The translations under genes and the position numbers were made by a program. DNA of 64,000 nucleotides from Candidatus Woesearchaeota archaeon. GTDB lineage: Archaea > Nanobdellota > Nanobdellia > Woesearchaeales > ARS49. The notes beneath the pieces were generated by a model. That model was not told the DNA's origin. It searched no databases and saw nothing but the letters and a program-made list of their open reading frames with translations. The DNA is taken from positions 19,204-83,203 of the forward strand of contig JACRKG010000045.1 in NCBI GenBank assembly GCA_016215315.1, in the 5' to 3' direction. This document shows positions 1-8,192 of the stretch, piece after piece; the first letter of the stretch is position 1; every line of letters begins with the position of its first letter.

Positions 1-1223
1 GAGGCAATTGCGTTTTATTTGGAATGACTGGCGATGACAGAAGTGCTGAAAAAATAATCAAACTTGCAAAAAAACAAAAAATCAGTCTTTACTTAATAAA
101 AGACAAAAATGTTCCAACAATAAAAAAAACAAGAGCAATAGCACAAAATCAGCATTTATTAAGATTAGATTTTGAAGAGAAATACGAACCAAACCAAGTA
201 TTTCTGGACGCACTAAAAGAATTATTGGTGCAACAAAACTTTGACGCAATACTGGTTTCTGATTACGCAAAAGGAACAATAACAAAAGAAGTAATGGAAA
301 TACTCAAACAAGCAAACAAACCAATATTTGTAGACCCCAAACCTGCAAATAAAGAATTTTACGAAGGAGTTTTTTTAATTACTCCAAACTTAAAAGAAGC
401 AAAAGAATTAGCCAAAATTAAAGAACAAGAAACTGAAAAGTCTTCTGAAGAATTTTTAGGAAAACACTTATGCGAACTTTACAGCTCTAACATTCTAATA
501 ACAAAAAGTGAAAAAGGAATGACTTTGCACGAAAAAAACAAAGAAGCATTTAACATACCAACTCAAGCGAAAGAAGTTTATGACGTAACAGGAGCAGGAG
601 ACACAGTAATATCAACACTAACACTGGCGTATTCTTGTTGCGCTGATTTGAAAACTTCAGCATTGCTATCAAACATCGCTGCAGGAATATCGGTGGGAAA
701 AATAGGAACATCACCAGTACTAAAAGAAGAATTAATTAATGAATTATTCAGAGATGAAAGCAAAATAAAATCATTAGAAGAACTAAAATTATTAATTAAT
801 GATTTGAAACTAAAAAACAAAAAAATAGTATTTACTAATGGATGTTTTGACATCTTACATACAGGACATACAAGACTTTTAAATTTTGCAAAAAAACAAG
901 GAGACATACTAATATTAGGATTAAACTCAGATGACTCAGTAAAAAGACTAAAAGGAGAAAGCAGACCAATAAATGTTCAAGAAAAAAGAGCAGAAATACT
1001 ATCAAATTTCCCACAAATAAATTACATAACAATATTCGAACAAGACACACCACTAGAATTAGTCGAATCACTAAGACCTGACATAATAGTGAAAGGCGGT
1101 GATTGGAAACCAGAAAACGTAGTAGGAAATCACGTAGCAGAAATAAGAATCTTCAACACAATCGAAGGAGAAAGTACGACAAATATAATAAAGAAAGTGC
1201 AGGAAAAATCTGCTAATAATTGA
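1..1223 (+). CDS. Bifunctional sugar kinase/nucleotidyltransferase (HldE/RfaE-like), probably 5'-truncated by window edge
   Basis: C-terminal cytidylyltransferase-like domain (FTNGCFDILHTGHTRLL...IVKGGDW) after a PfkB-type kinase region; reading frame open to position 1. Confidence 0.65.
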   Translation, partial: GNCVLFGMTGDDRSAEKIIKLAKKQKISLYLIKDKNVPTIKKTRAIAQNQHLLRLDFEEKYEPNQVFLDALKELLVQQNFDAILVSDYAKGTITKEVMEILKQANKPIFVDPKPANKEFYEGVFLITPNLKEAKELAKIKEQETEKSSEEFLGKHLCELYSSNILITKSEKGMTLHEKNKEAFNIPTQAKEVYDVTGAGDTVISTLTLAYSCCADLKTSALLSNIAAGISVGKIGTSPVLKEELINELFRDESKIKSLEELKLLINDLKLKNKKIVFTNGCFDILHTGHTRLLNFAKKQGDILILGLNSDDSVKRLKGESRPINVQEKRAEILSNFPQINYITIFEQDTPLELVESLRPDIIVKGGDWKPENVVGNHVAEIRIFNTIEGESTTNIIKKVQEKSANN

Positions 1224-1621
1224 AAGTTGTCATAACTTTAATTTCTTTTCTGAACCTTTTAGATTTTCCCCTGGTCGCCTGCAAATTAGTTCACGGTTCG
1301 CAGTTTATGGTTTACAGGACGCACTGCAAACTACGAACCATAAACTATGAACCTAAAGGCAGGCGGAACATAGACGCCGCGATAAAATACTGGGTATCTG
1401 AGGTATCATTTGATATCATAGACATTACTGGGTGTCGGGAGAATTGATAACAGAATAGTTTTAAAAGTGCACACTAAAAACTTATCTACTTTTTTATCAA
1501 CTGTTATTGTCGCCAAAACAATTAAAAAACTCAACATGCACATTCAGAAAGGCGACCTGAGCTAAGAAAATTTTCTTGAAATTTAATAAATTCTTTGAGA
1601 ATTTTAATATTATGGAGATTT

Positions 1622-2593
1622 TTAGTAGTGTTGTGTTATTTTTACTGGTGCATCTAATTCTTCTTTTAGTTTGTTTGCAAGAATTGTTGCACTTTCTAGA
1701 TATTGTTCAGACCAAACTCCTAATTCAATATAAGAAACTTTCTTAGAATTTGAAAAATTAATGTAATCGCATTCCACTGTAAGTCCATATGCAAATTTTG
1801 TTTTGAAAAATAGCTTGCACTCACTAACACTCAGAGGAATTCTCATTTCTCCATATTCATAATCGATAAACCAGGGTGAAGTATCTGACCCCCCAACACA
1901 AAAACCTTTTTCCAATTTTTGTTTTATTATTTTTTCCAATTCTTGTTTTACTTCTTCCAGGAGAGTTTCTTGTTTTTCTTCTCTTAATTTTCGCATAGCT
2001 TCATCTGACCTTACAAAAGTAACACGTAAAGTAACACGCGGTTCTTCAACCAACTCATTAATATTTGTTATTTTTTCTTCTCCTTTTTTTGCAGTTCCAA
2101 TTATTCCTTCTAGTTTTATCATTTTTTGGGCGTTTTCTTCAGTGCTAGTGTATTCTTTTGTTATTGTTGCTTCTTGTCCGCTCCATTTCTGGTATGCTTT
2201 TGCAAATGTTTTTGCGGGTTCTAGAAATCTTGAGTCATAAACTCTTATTTTTATTGGAGCAATTTCTGAGTTATCATTAATTATGTCTTGATATTTTTCA
2301 TCAGCTGTTTTTATAGTAACATAACGAGTAATACTATGTGGTATAAACATTCCGCCGTTCATTCTTCCTAAAACAAGTTGAGGTTTGTAATTAGTTTTGT
2401 CAGAGTAACAGTAAAAATAATCACAAGACGTAATACTAATATTTTTTTCAACACCTGAAAAAATATTTTTTAGCAAATAATCAAGTTCTTCCCTAAAACA
2501 ATCTGCTCCTTTATTTACTTCAACTTCTGGAAAGTCTTGTGATTCTAGTATTAATTTATCTAATTCTGTTTTATTTTGAACCATTGAAAACAA
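1622..2593 (-). CDS. Hypothetical protein (323 aa), first gene of minus-strand cluster with TA pair and NurA-like gene
   Basis: Long ORF, compact spacing with downstream genes; no motif recognised. Confidence 0.5.
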   Translation of the reverse strand: MFSMVQNKTELDKLILESQDFPEVEVNKGADCFREELDYLLKNIFSGVEKNISITSCDYFYCYSDKTNYKPQLVLGRMNGGMFIPHSITRYVTIKTADEKYQDIINDNSEIAPIKIRVYDSRFLEPAKTFAKAYQKWSGQEATITKEYTSTEENAQKMIKLEGIIGTAKKGEEKITNINELVEEPRVTLRVTFVRSDEAMRKLREEKQETLLEEVKQELEKIIKQKLEKGFCVGGSDTSPWFIDYEYGEMRIPLSVSECKLFFKTKFAYGLTVECDYINFSNSKKVSYIELGVWSEQYLESATILANKLKEELDAPVKITQHY

Positions 2594-2644
2594 TTAATTT
2601 GTTTTTGTTTAAAAACTTTTAAAACAGTTTAAAAAATGAGAATA

Positions 2645-3010
2645 TTACAATCGTATAAGACCTAAACTTATCTTTATCGCTTCGTCAATTCCGCTTTTTG
2701 TTTCAACGTCTAGTTCCCCTAGTTTTTTAATAAGTCTTCTTTTATCTACTGCTCTTATTTGATTAAGCAACGCTTTAGAATCTTTCTGCAGTCCTTTTCT
2801 TTTCTTTATAAAAACCTCAAAGGGATAGATTTTATCGACTTTTTGAGAAGTTACTGGCGCAATGATAGTTATTGGACTGTAAGTGTTTCCATAATCATTT
2901 TGAATAATTACTGCAGGTCTTGACTTTTTAATTTCATGACCAATAGTGGGATCTAAATTAACAAGCCAAATATCTCCTCGTTTAACTTCAAAAATTCTTA
3001 TTTCTACCAT
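2645..3010 (-). CDS. mazF: MazF/PemK-family type II toxin endoribonuclease
   Basis: GDIWLVNLDPTIGHEIKKSRPAVIIQND...SPITIIAPVTS signature of PemK/MazF. Confidence 0.8.
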   Translation of the reverse strand: MVEIRIFEVKRGDIWLVNLDPTIGHEIKKSRPAVIIQNDYGNTYSPITIIAPVTSQKVDKIYPFEVFIKKRKGLQKDSKALLNQIRAVDKRRLIKKLGELDVETKSGIDEAIKISLGLIRL

Positions 3011-3225
3011 TCTACTTCTTTAGAAGCAGTCTCCCACTCGTTTAAATTTGCCAAATCTTCTTTACCTAAACTAGAATAACCTGCAATTAATTTTTTTTTT
3101 AAATTCTCATGTCTTACTTGAAAAATTAATTTCTGAATTGCAACATCATAACTATCTCTTTTTAATCTTAATTTGTCTAAACTGTGTTTTGTTCTTTTGT
3201 GAAGTTTAATGGTTGTTATGTCCAT
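3004..3225 (-). CDS. Putative antitoxin partner of MazF-like toxin
   Basis: 73-aa ORF immediately upstream, 7-nt overlap with toxin start; typical TA arrangement. Confidence 0.5.
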   Translation of the reverse strand: MDITTIKLHKRTKHSLDKLRLKRDSYDVAIQKLIFQVRHENLKKKLIAGYSSLGKEDLANLNEWETASKEVEW

Positions 3226-3273
3226 AGTATACCAAAAGTATACCTATTATTTAAATTTTTCTATACTTCGGAA

Positions 3274-4221
3274 CTATTTCACCAAATTCAACTTATCATG
3301 CATATCCACGCTGGCCATGTGTTGATCAAAGTCTTTTTCATATTTTGTCAGCAAGTATAATTTCATTCTTTCTAATTCATCTTTATTTACTCTTGCCATT
3401 TTGTCTACGTCTATTAATGCATATGGATAGCCTGGAAAAATTAAATCAACACTGTTTTTTGCCAACAATTCTATTAATTCTTCACTGAACTCGCTAATAT
3501 CTAATCTAAAAACATATCTTGATTTCTTGTGCATTCGAACAAAAAATCTGTTGTCATCACATTTATAATACCATTTACTTAATTTTGCTAACTTACTAAG
3601 AACAACACTTGCGCTTTGGCTGTTATCACATAATATTGTAGATGTTTTACTTAATCCTGCAAGAACTACTTTCTTTTCTTTGCAAGTTTCTAACAATTCC
3701 TCATAATGAACTTTATCAAAATCATCAAATTCCAAATCGCCATCTCTAACAATAAAATCACAGTCCAACAATTTATTACATGCTTTAATTTCAAAGATTT
3801 TTCGAATCTTCTCAGCAATAACACTTGGCTTAATCAAGTGCTTGTTTTCGAACGCTTCGAAAACAAATGCATCTTTTTTATCGAAAAAAGTAACTTCATA
3901 AAAAATTCCTTCAGAATTTTTGAGATTAACCAGTATTAAAAATTCGTCGAGATTTTTTTTAATTCTTTTATTATCTTGGTAAACACTCCAATAAATTTTT
4001 ATTAATTGAACACTAAAATTAACTCCGCCAATTATTTCCCCATTACCCCCATCTACAAAACCAATCTTTTTAGTGGAAACTGTCTCGTTGATAGGAAAAA
4101 AAGAAGTTTTTTCTATAGGCACTTTTTTATTTGGAAGAATGATTTCTGAGGCAGCCACGGTAAAACTCTTTTTAAGGCTTTCAGCCACCTTGTCTAATTT
4201 TTCAAAATGCATAATTTTCAA
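3274..4221 (-). CDS. NurA-like (RNase H-fold) nuclease, tentative
   Basis: IGFVDGGNGEI motif resembling NurA vDGS active-site motif, acidic motifs DGDLEFDD, LIDVDK; size consistent with NurA; no herA neighbour. Confidence 0.35.
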   Translation of the reverse strand: MKIMHFEKLDKVAESLKKSFTVAASEIILPNKKVPIEKTSFFPINETVSTKKIGFVDGGNGEIIGGVNFSVQLIKIYWSVYQDNKRIKKNLDEFLILVNLKNSEGIFYEVTFFDKKDAFVFEAFENKHLIKPSVIAEKIRKIFEIKACNKLLDCDFIVRDGDLEFDDFDKVHYEELLETCKEKKVVLAGLSKTSTILCDNSQSASVVLSKLAKLSKWYYKCDDNRFFVRMHKKSRYVFRLDISEFSEELIELLAKNSVDLIFPGYPYALIDVDKMARVNKDELERMKLYLLTKYEKDFDQHMASVDMHDKLNLVK

Positions 4222-4375
4222 AAAATAAGCAGATTATTAAGTTTTATCTAGCTTTGCGAGTTTAAAAAAGTAAGATTTATAAATAAACACGTTTTCCCAC
4301 TGCAAGATGAGGGCCACGTTAGATTTACTTCTAGACATTAACAATATGTCTTAGGTAGATCTATAAAAAAATAGC

Positions 4376-4477
4376 GCTCTGGTAGTCTAGTGGCCTAGGA
4401 TGGAGCCCTGTCGAGGCTCCGACCCGGGTTCGAAATGGTTTAATGAGCTACAAACCAGGAATGTCCCGGCCAGAGCG
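4376..4477 (+). tRNA. tRNA-Asp(GTC) with about 29-nt intervening sequence in the T-loop (position 59/60-like)
   Basis: Acceptor GCTCTGG/CCAGAGC, anticodon stem GAGCC/GGCTC, loop CTGTCGA, T-stem CCGGG/CCCGG with TTCGAA-[29 nt]-T. Confidence 0.5.
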
Positions 4478-4492
4478 TAAGAAATATGTTGT

Positions 4493-4614
4493 GGGCCGGT
4501 AGCTCAGCCTGGTAGAGCACCTCACTTTTATCCTTCGGGAGGAAATGAGGTGGTCGCGAGTTCAAAACTTCATAACGCAAAAGTGCGTTTTGAGTGAACG
4601 TCTCGTCCGGCCCG
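4493..4614 (+). tRNA. tRNA-Lys(TTT) with two introns (14 nt at 37/38, about 34 nt in T-loop)
   Basis: Acceptor GGGCCGG/CCGGCCC, D-stem GCTC/GAGC, anticodon stem CCTCA/TGAGG enclosing CTTTTA+14 nt+A, T-stem GCGAG/CTCGT with TTCAAA-[34 nt]-T. Confidence 0.45.
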
Positions 4615-4635
4615 TCAACACTTAACAATCATAAA

Positions 4636-4878
4636 ATGACAGAAAAAAAGTTTGAAATCACCCAACATAGGTTAGTACCGAAACACTCAGTACTTTCCGA
4701 AAAAGAAGTAACTACTTTGTTAAAGAATTATTCTCTAAAAGATTTACCTAAAATGCATCTTACAGACCCAATAATAGAAACATTAAAAGCAAAAGAAGGG
4801 GATATAATAAGAATTGAAAGAAACAGTTTAACTGCAGGAAAAAGCGTTTTTTACAGGAGGGTTATTGCAAATGCTTGA
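4636..4878 (+). CDS. rpoH: DNA-directed RNA polymerase subunit H (Rpb5 homologue)
   Basis: HRLVPKHSVLSEKEV..LPKM..DPI....GDIIRIERNS.TAG...YRRVI; start moved to ATG 4636 because the 4594 ORF start overlaps the tRNA. Confidence 0.85.
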   Translation: MTEKKFEITQHRLVPKHSVLSEKEVTTLLKNYSLKDLPKMHLTDPIIETLKAKEGDIIRIERNSLTAGKSVFYRRVIANA

Positions 4879-6352
4879 TTATTCATACTTATTAATAAAA
4901 AAATATTTTGACGAAAACAGTTTAGTACAATCAGATATAGAATCATTCAATGCGTTCATAGATGTTGAAATGCAAAAAATCATCGAAGAAAGCAAAGATG
5001 TAGAACCAACAATCATTCCTCCAGATGTTGAAAGTTTCAAAATAAGACTTGATAAAGTGTGGGTTACAAAACCACAAATTACAGAAGCAGACGGAAGTAA
5101 AAGAGCAATTTTCCCAGTAGAAGCAAGACTTAGAAAAATAACATACTCAGCACCAATATATTTGGAAGTAAGCTCTCACATTAATGATGTTCAAAGAGAA
5201 AGTTTCACAACACAAATCGGAAGCTTACCAATAATGCTTCACAGTAAATACTGCCACCTACACGGCATGAACAAAGATCAATTAATAGAAAAAGGAGAAG
5301 ACCCTGACGAACAAGGAGGATATTTCATAATTAACGGAACAGAAAGAGTTCTAGTAACGATGGAAGACTTAGCATCAAACAATTTCATAGTAGAAAAATC
5401 AAATTCGGGAGTTAGCAAGTACTTAGGAAAATTATTCTCAGAAAGAGGACCATTCAAAATACCACATACAATTGAAAGATTAAAAAACGGAATTTATTAT
5501 GCATCATTTACGAGAGTAAAAAGAGCTCCATTAATAGTTCTATTAAAAGCATTAGGATTGCTAAAAGATGAAGAAATAATGAATTTAATCTCAAGAAAAA
5601 AACAATACGATGAAGTACTAATCAATTTATTTGAATACGTAGCAATAAAAACAGACGAAGATGCAATGGACTACTTAGCAAAACTTATTGGAATAACACA
5701 AACAAGAGAAATAAGATTACAAAGAATGCAAGAAATAGTTGACAAGTACTTACTACCTCACGTTGGAACTAATAAAGAAGACAGACTAGTCAAAGCACAT
5801 AATTTATGCAAACTATTAAGCAAATACATTACAGTATCAAGAGGAGAAGCACCACTAGACAACAAAGACCACTACATGAACAAAAGACTGAAAATGAGCG
5901 GAGACCTACTAGCAGACTTATTCAGAATGAACTTAAAAGTACTAATTGATGACATATTATACAACTTCCAAAGAATAGTTAAAAGAGGAAAATTCCCGTC
6001 AATAAAAGTAATTATTCGTGACAAATTATTAACATCAAGAATTTACAGTTCAATGGCTACAGGAAACTGGGTTGGAGGAAGAAAGGGAGTATCACAAAGA
6101 ATCCAAAGACATAATTACTTAGACACATTAAGCCACTTACAAAGAGTTTCATCACCATTATCAAACACACAAGAAAATTTTGCAGCAAGAGAACTACACC
6201 CAACACACATAGGAAGACTTTGTCCTAGCGAAACACCAGAAGGAGTAAACATCGGACTAAAGAAAAACCTAGCACTATTAACTAGTGTTACATCACAAAC
6301 ACACGATCCAATGAATATTTTGTTAAACGCAGGACTAAAACCAATAAAATAA
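4865..6352 (+). CDS. rpoB2: RNA polymerase subunit B'' (N-terminal part of split RpoB)
   Basis: Rpb2 N-terminal-domain-like sequence, position directly after rpoH. Confidence 0.9.
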   Translation: MQMLDYSYLLIKKYFDENSLVQSDIESFNAFIDVEMQKIIEESKDVEPTIIPPDVESFKIRLDKVWVTKPQITEADGSKRAIFPVEARLRKITYSAPIYLEVSSHINDVQRESFTTQIGSLPIMLHSKYCHLHGMNKDQLIEKGEDPDEQGGYFIINGTERVLVTMEDLASNNFIVEKSNSGVSKYLGKLFSERGPFKIPHTIERLKNGIYYASFTRVKRAPLIVLLKALGLLKDEEIMNLISRKKQYDEVLINLFEYVAIKTDEDAMDYLAKLIGITQTREIRLQRMQEIVDKYLLPHVGTNKEDRLVKAHNLCKLLSKYITVSRGEAPLDNKDHYMNKRLKMSGDLLADLFRMNLKVLIDDILYNFQRIVKRGKFPSIKVIIRDKLLTSRIYSSMATGNWVGGRKGVSQRIQRHNYLDTLSHLQRVSSPLSNTQENFAARELHPTHIGRLCPSETPEGVNIGLKKNLALLTSVTSQTHDPMNILLNAGLKPIK

Positions 6353-6356
6353 AAAA

Positions 6357-8159
6357 ATGACAGAAGTATACTTAGACGGAAGATATGTAGGCGATGTAGA
6401 CAATAAAGAAGACTTTGTTGAACACATAAAAGCAGAAAGAAGAAAAGGCGGAGCAGCAGAAGGAATTAATGTTCAATTAGACAAAATTTTAGACAGAGTA
6501 AACGTTTGCGCATCAAAAGGAAGAGCAAGAAGACCAGTAATTGTAGTAAAAAACGGCATTCCATTACTAACAGAAAAACACATAAAACAATTACACAAAA
6601 ACGAAATTTCCTGGCAAGACTTAGTAAACCAAGGAATAATAGAATACTTGGATGCAGCAGAAGAAGAAAATTCATTACTCGCATTCTATGAACAAGAATT
6701 AACACCAGAACACACACACTTAGAAGTAAGCCCACTAGTAATGTTAGGACTAATCGCATCACTAGTACCTTACGGAAACTTCACACAATCTGCAAGATTA
6801 AGCATTGGATCAAAAAACCAAAAACAAAGCATAGGAGTCTACGCTTCAAACTACTTAGTAAGAATGGACATGGACGTAAACTTACTACACACACCACACA
6901 AACCAATAATTAAAACAATAATTCACGATTTATCAAATTACGAAAGACATCCAGCAGGACAAAACGTAGTTGTAGCAGTAATGAGCTACAAAGGATACAA
7001 CATGGAAGACGCAATCCTAGTAAATAAAGGAAGCATAGAAAGAGGATTCGCAAGATCAAGCTATTACAGACCAGCAATCGCAGAAGAACTACGTTATTCA
7101 GGAGGACTAATGGATCAAGTATGCCCTCCAGACAAAGACGTTAAAGGATACAAAAGCGAAAAAGATTACAGATTCTTAGAAGATGACGGAATAATTTATC
7201 CAGAAGCACAAGTAAAAGAAGACGATGTAGTAATCGGAAAAACAAGCCCTCCAAGATTCTTAAGCTCACTAGACGAATACAGCTTAGCAAGCAACATAAG
7301 AAGAGAAAGCAGCGTAGCACTAAAACACGGAGAAGAAGGAGCAATAGACTTTGTAATGCTAACAGAAAACGAAGAAGGAAACAAACTAGTCCAAGTAAGA
7401 ATAAGAGACCAAAGAATTCCAGAAATAGGAGACAAATTCACATCAAGACACGGACAAAAAGGAGTAATAGGATTAATAGTTCCAGAAAGCGACATGCCAT
7501 TCACATCAAGAGGAATAATCCCAGATATAATGTTCAGCCCTCACGGAATCCCGAGCAGAATGACCGTTTCACAATTAATGGAATTATTAGGAGCAAAAAC
7601 AGGAGCACTAAGCGGACGTTACGTTGACTCAACAACATTCAACGCAGAACCAATGGAAAAAGTAAAACAAGAATTACTAAGCTTAGGATTCCGAGATGAC
7701 GGAGAAGAAATAATGTACAACGGAATCACAGGAGAAAGACTAACAGTAAGAATATTCATAGGAAGCATGTACTACCTAAAACTAAGACACATGGTCGCAA
7801 ACAAAATCCACGCAAGAGCAAGAGGACCAATACAATTACTAACAAGACAACCAACAGAAGGAAGAGCAAAAGAAGGAGGATTAAGATTAGGAGAAATGGA
7901 AAAAGACACCTTCGTAGCTCACGGAACATCATTATTACTAAAAGAAAGATTTGACAGCGACAAAACAATCGTTCCAATCTGCGAAAGCTGCGGAATGGTA
8001 GTAATCCACGACTATGTAAAAGACAAAAGATACTGCCCAGTTTGTGGAGAAAACGTAGACATCAACGACATCGAAATAAGCTACGCATTCAAACTAATGC
8101 TTGACGAATTCAAAACACTAGGATTATATCCAAAACTAACATTAGAAAACAAATATTAA
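6357..8159 (+). CDS. rpoB1: RNA polymerase subunit B' (C-terminal part of split RpoB)
   Basis: GDKF.SRHGQKGV, zinc-ribbon CxxC...CxxC at C-terminus. Confidence 0.9.
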   Translation: MTEVYLDGRYVGDVDNKEDFVEHIKAERRKGGAAEGINVQLDKILDRVNVCASKGRARRPVIVVKNGIPLLTEKHIKQLHKNEISWQDLVNQGIIEYLDAAEEENSLLAFYEQELTPEHTHLEVSPLVMLGLIASLVPYGNFTQSARLSIGSKNQKQSIGVYASNYLVRMDMDVNLLHTPHKPIIKTIIHDLSNYERHPAGQNVVVAVMSYKGYNMEDAILVNKGSIERGFARSSYYRPAIAEELRYSGGLMDQVCPPDKDVKGYKSEKDYRFLEDDGIIYPEAQVKEDDVVIGKTSPPRFLSSLDEYSLASNIRRESSVALKHGEEGAIDFVMLTENEEGNKLVQVRIRDQRIPEIGDKFTSRHGQKGVIGLIVPESDMPFTSRGIIPDIMFSPHGIPSRMTVSQLMELLGAKTGALSGRYVDSTTFNAEPMEKVKQELLSLGFRDDGEEIMYNGITGERLTVRIFIGSMYYLKLRHMVANKIHARARGPIQLLTRQPTEGRAKEGGLRLGEMEKDTFVAHGTSLLLKERFDSDKTIVPICESCGMVVIHDYVKDKRYCPVCGENVDINDIEISYAFKLMLDEFKTLGLYPKLTLENKY

Positions 8160-8192
8160 ACAAAATAATAAATAAAATACTAAAAAAATAAA

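Noticed and set aside
3706-3939. 77-aa plus-strand ORF
   Set aside because: Inside the NurA-like gene on the opposite strand; low-complexity translation.
4440-4628. 62-aa minus-strand ORF
   Set aside because: Lies entirely across the two tRNA genes; the GC-rich tRNA sequence gives a fortuitous ORF.
4594-4635. Upstream extension of the rpoH ORF (MNVSSGPSTLNNHK)
   Set aside because: Overlaps the 3' end of tRNA-Lys; ATG 4636 gives an RpoH of canonical length.
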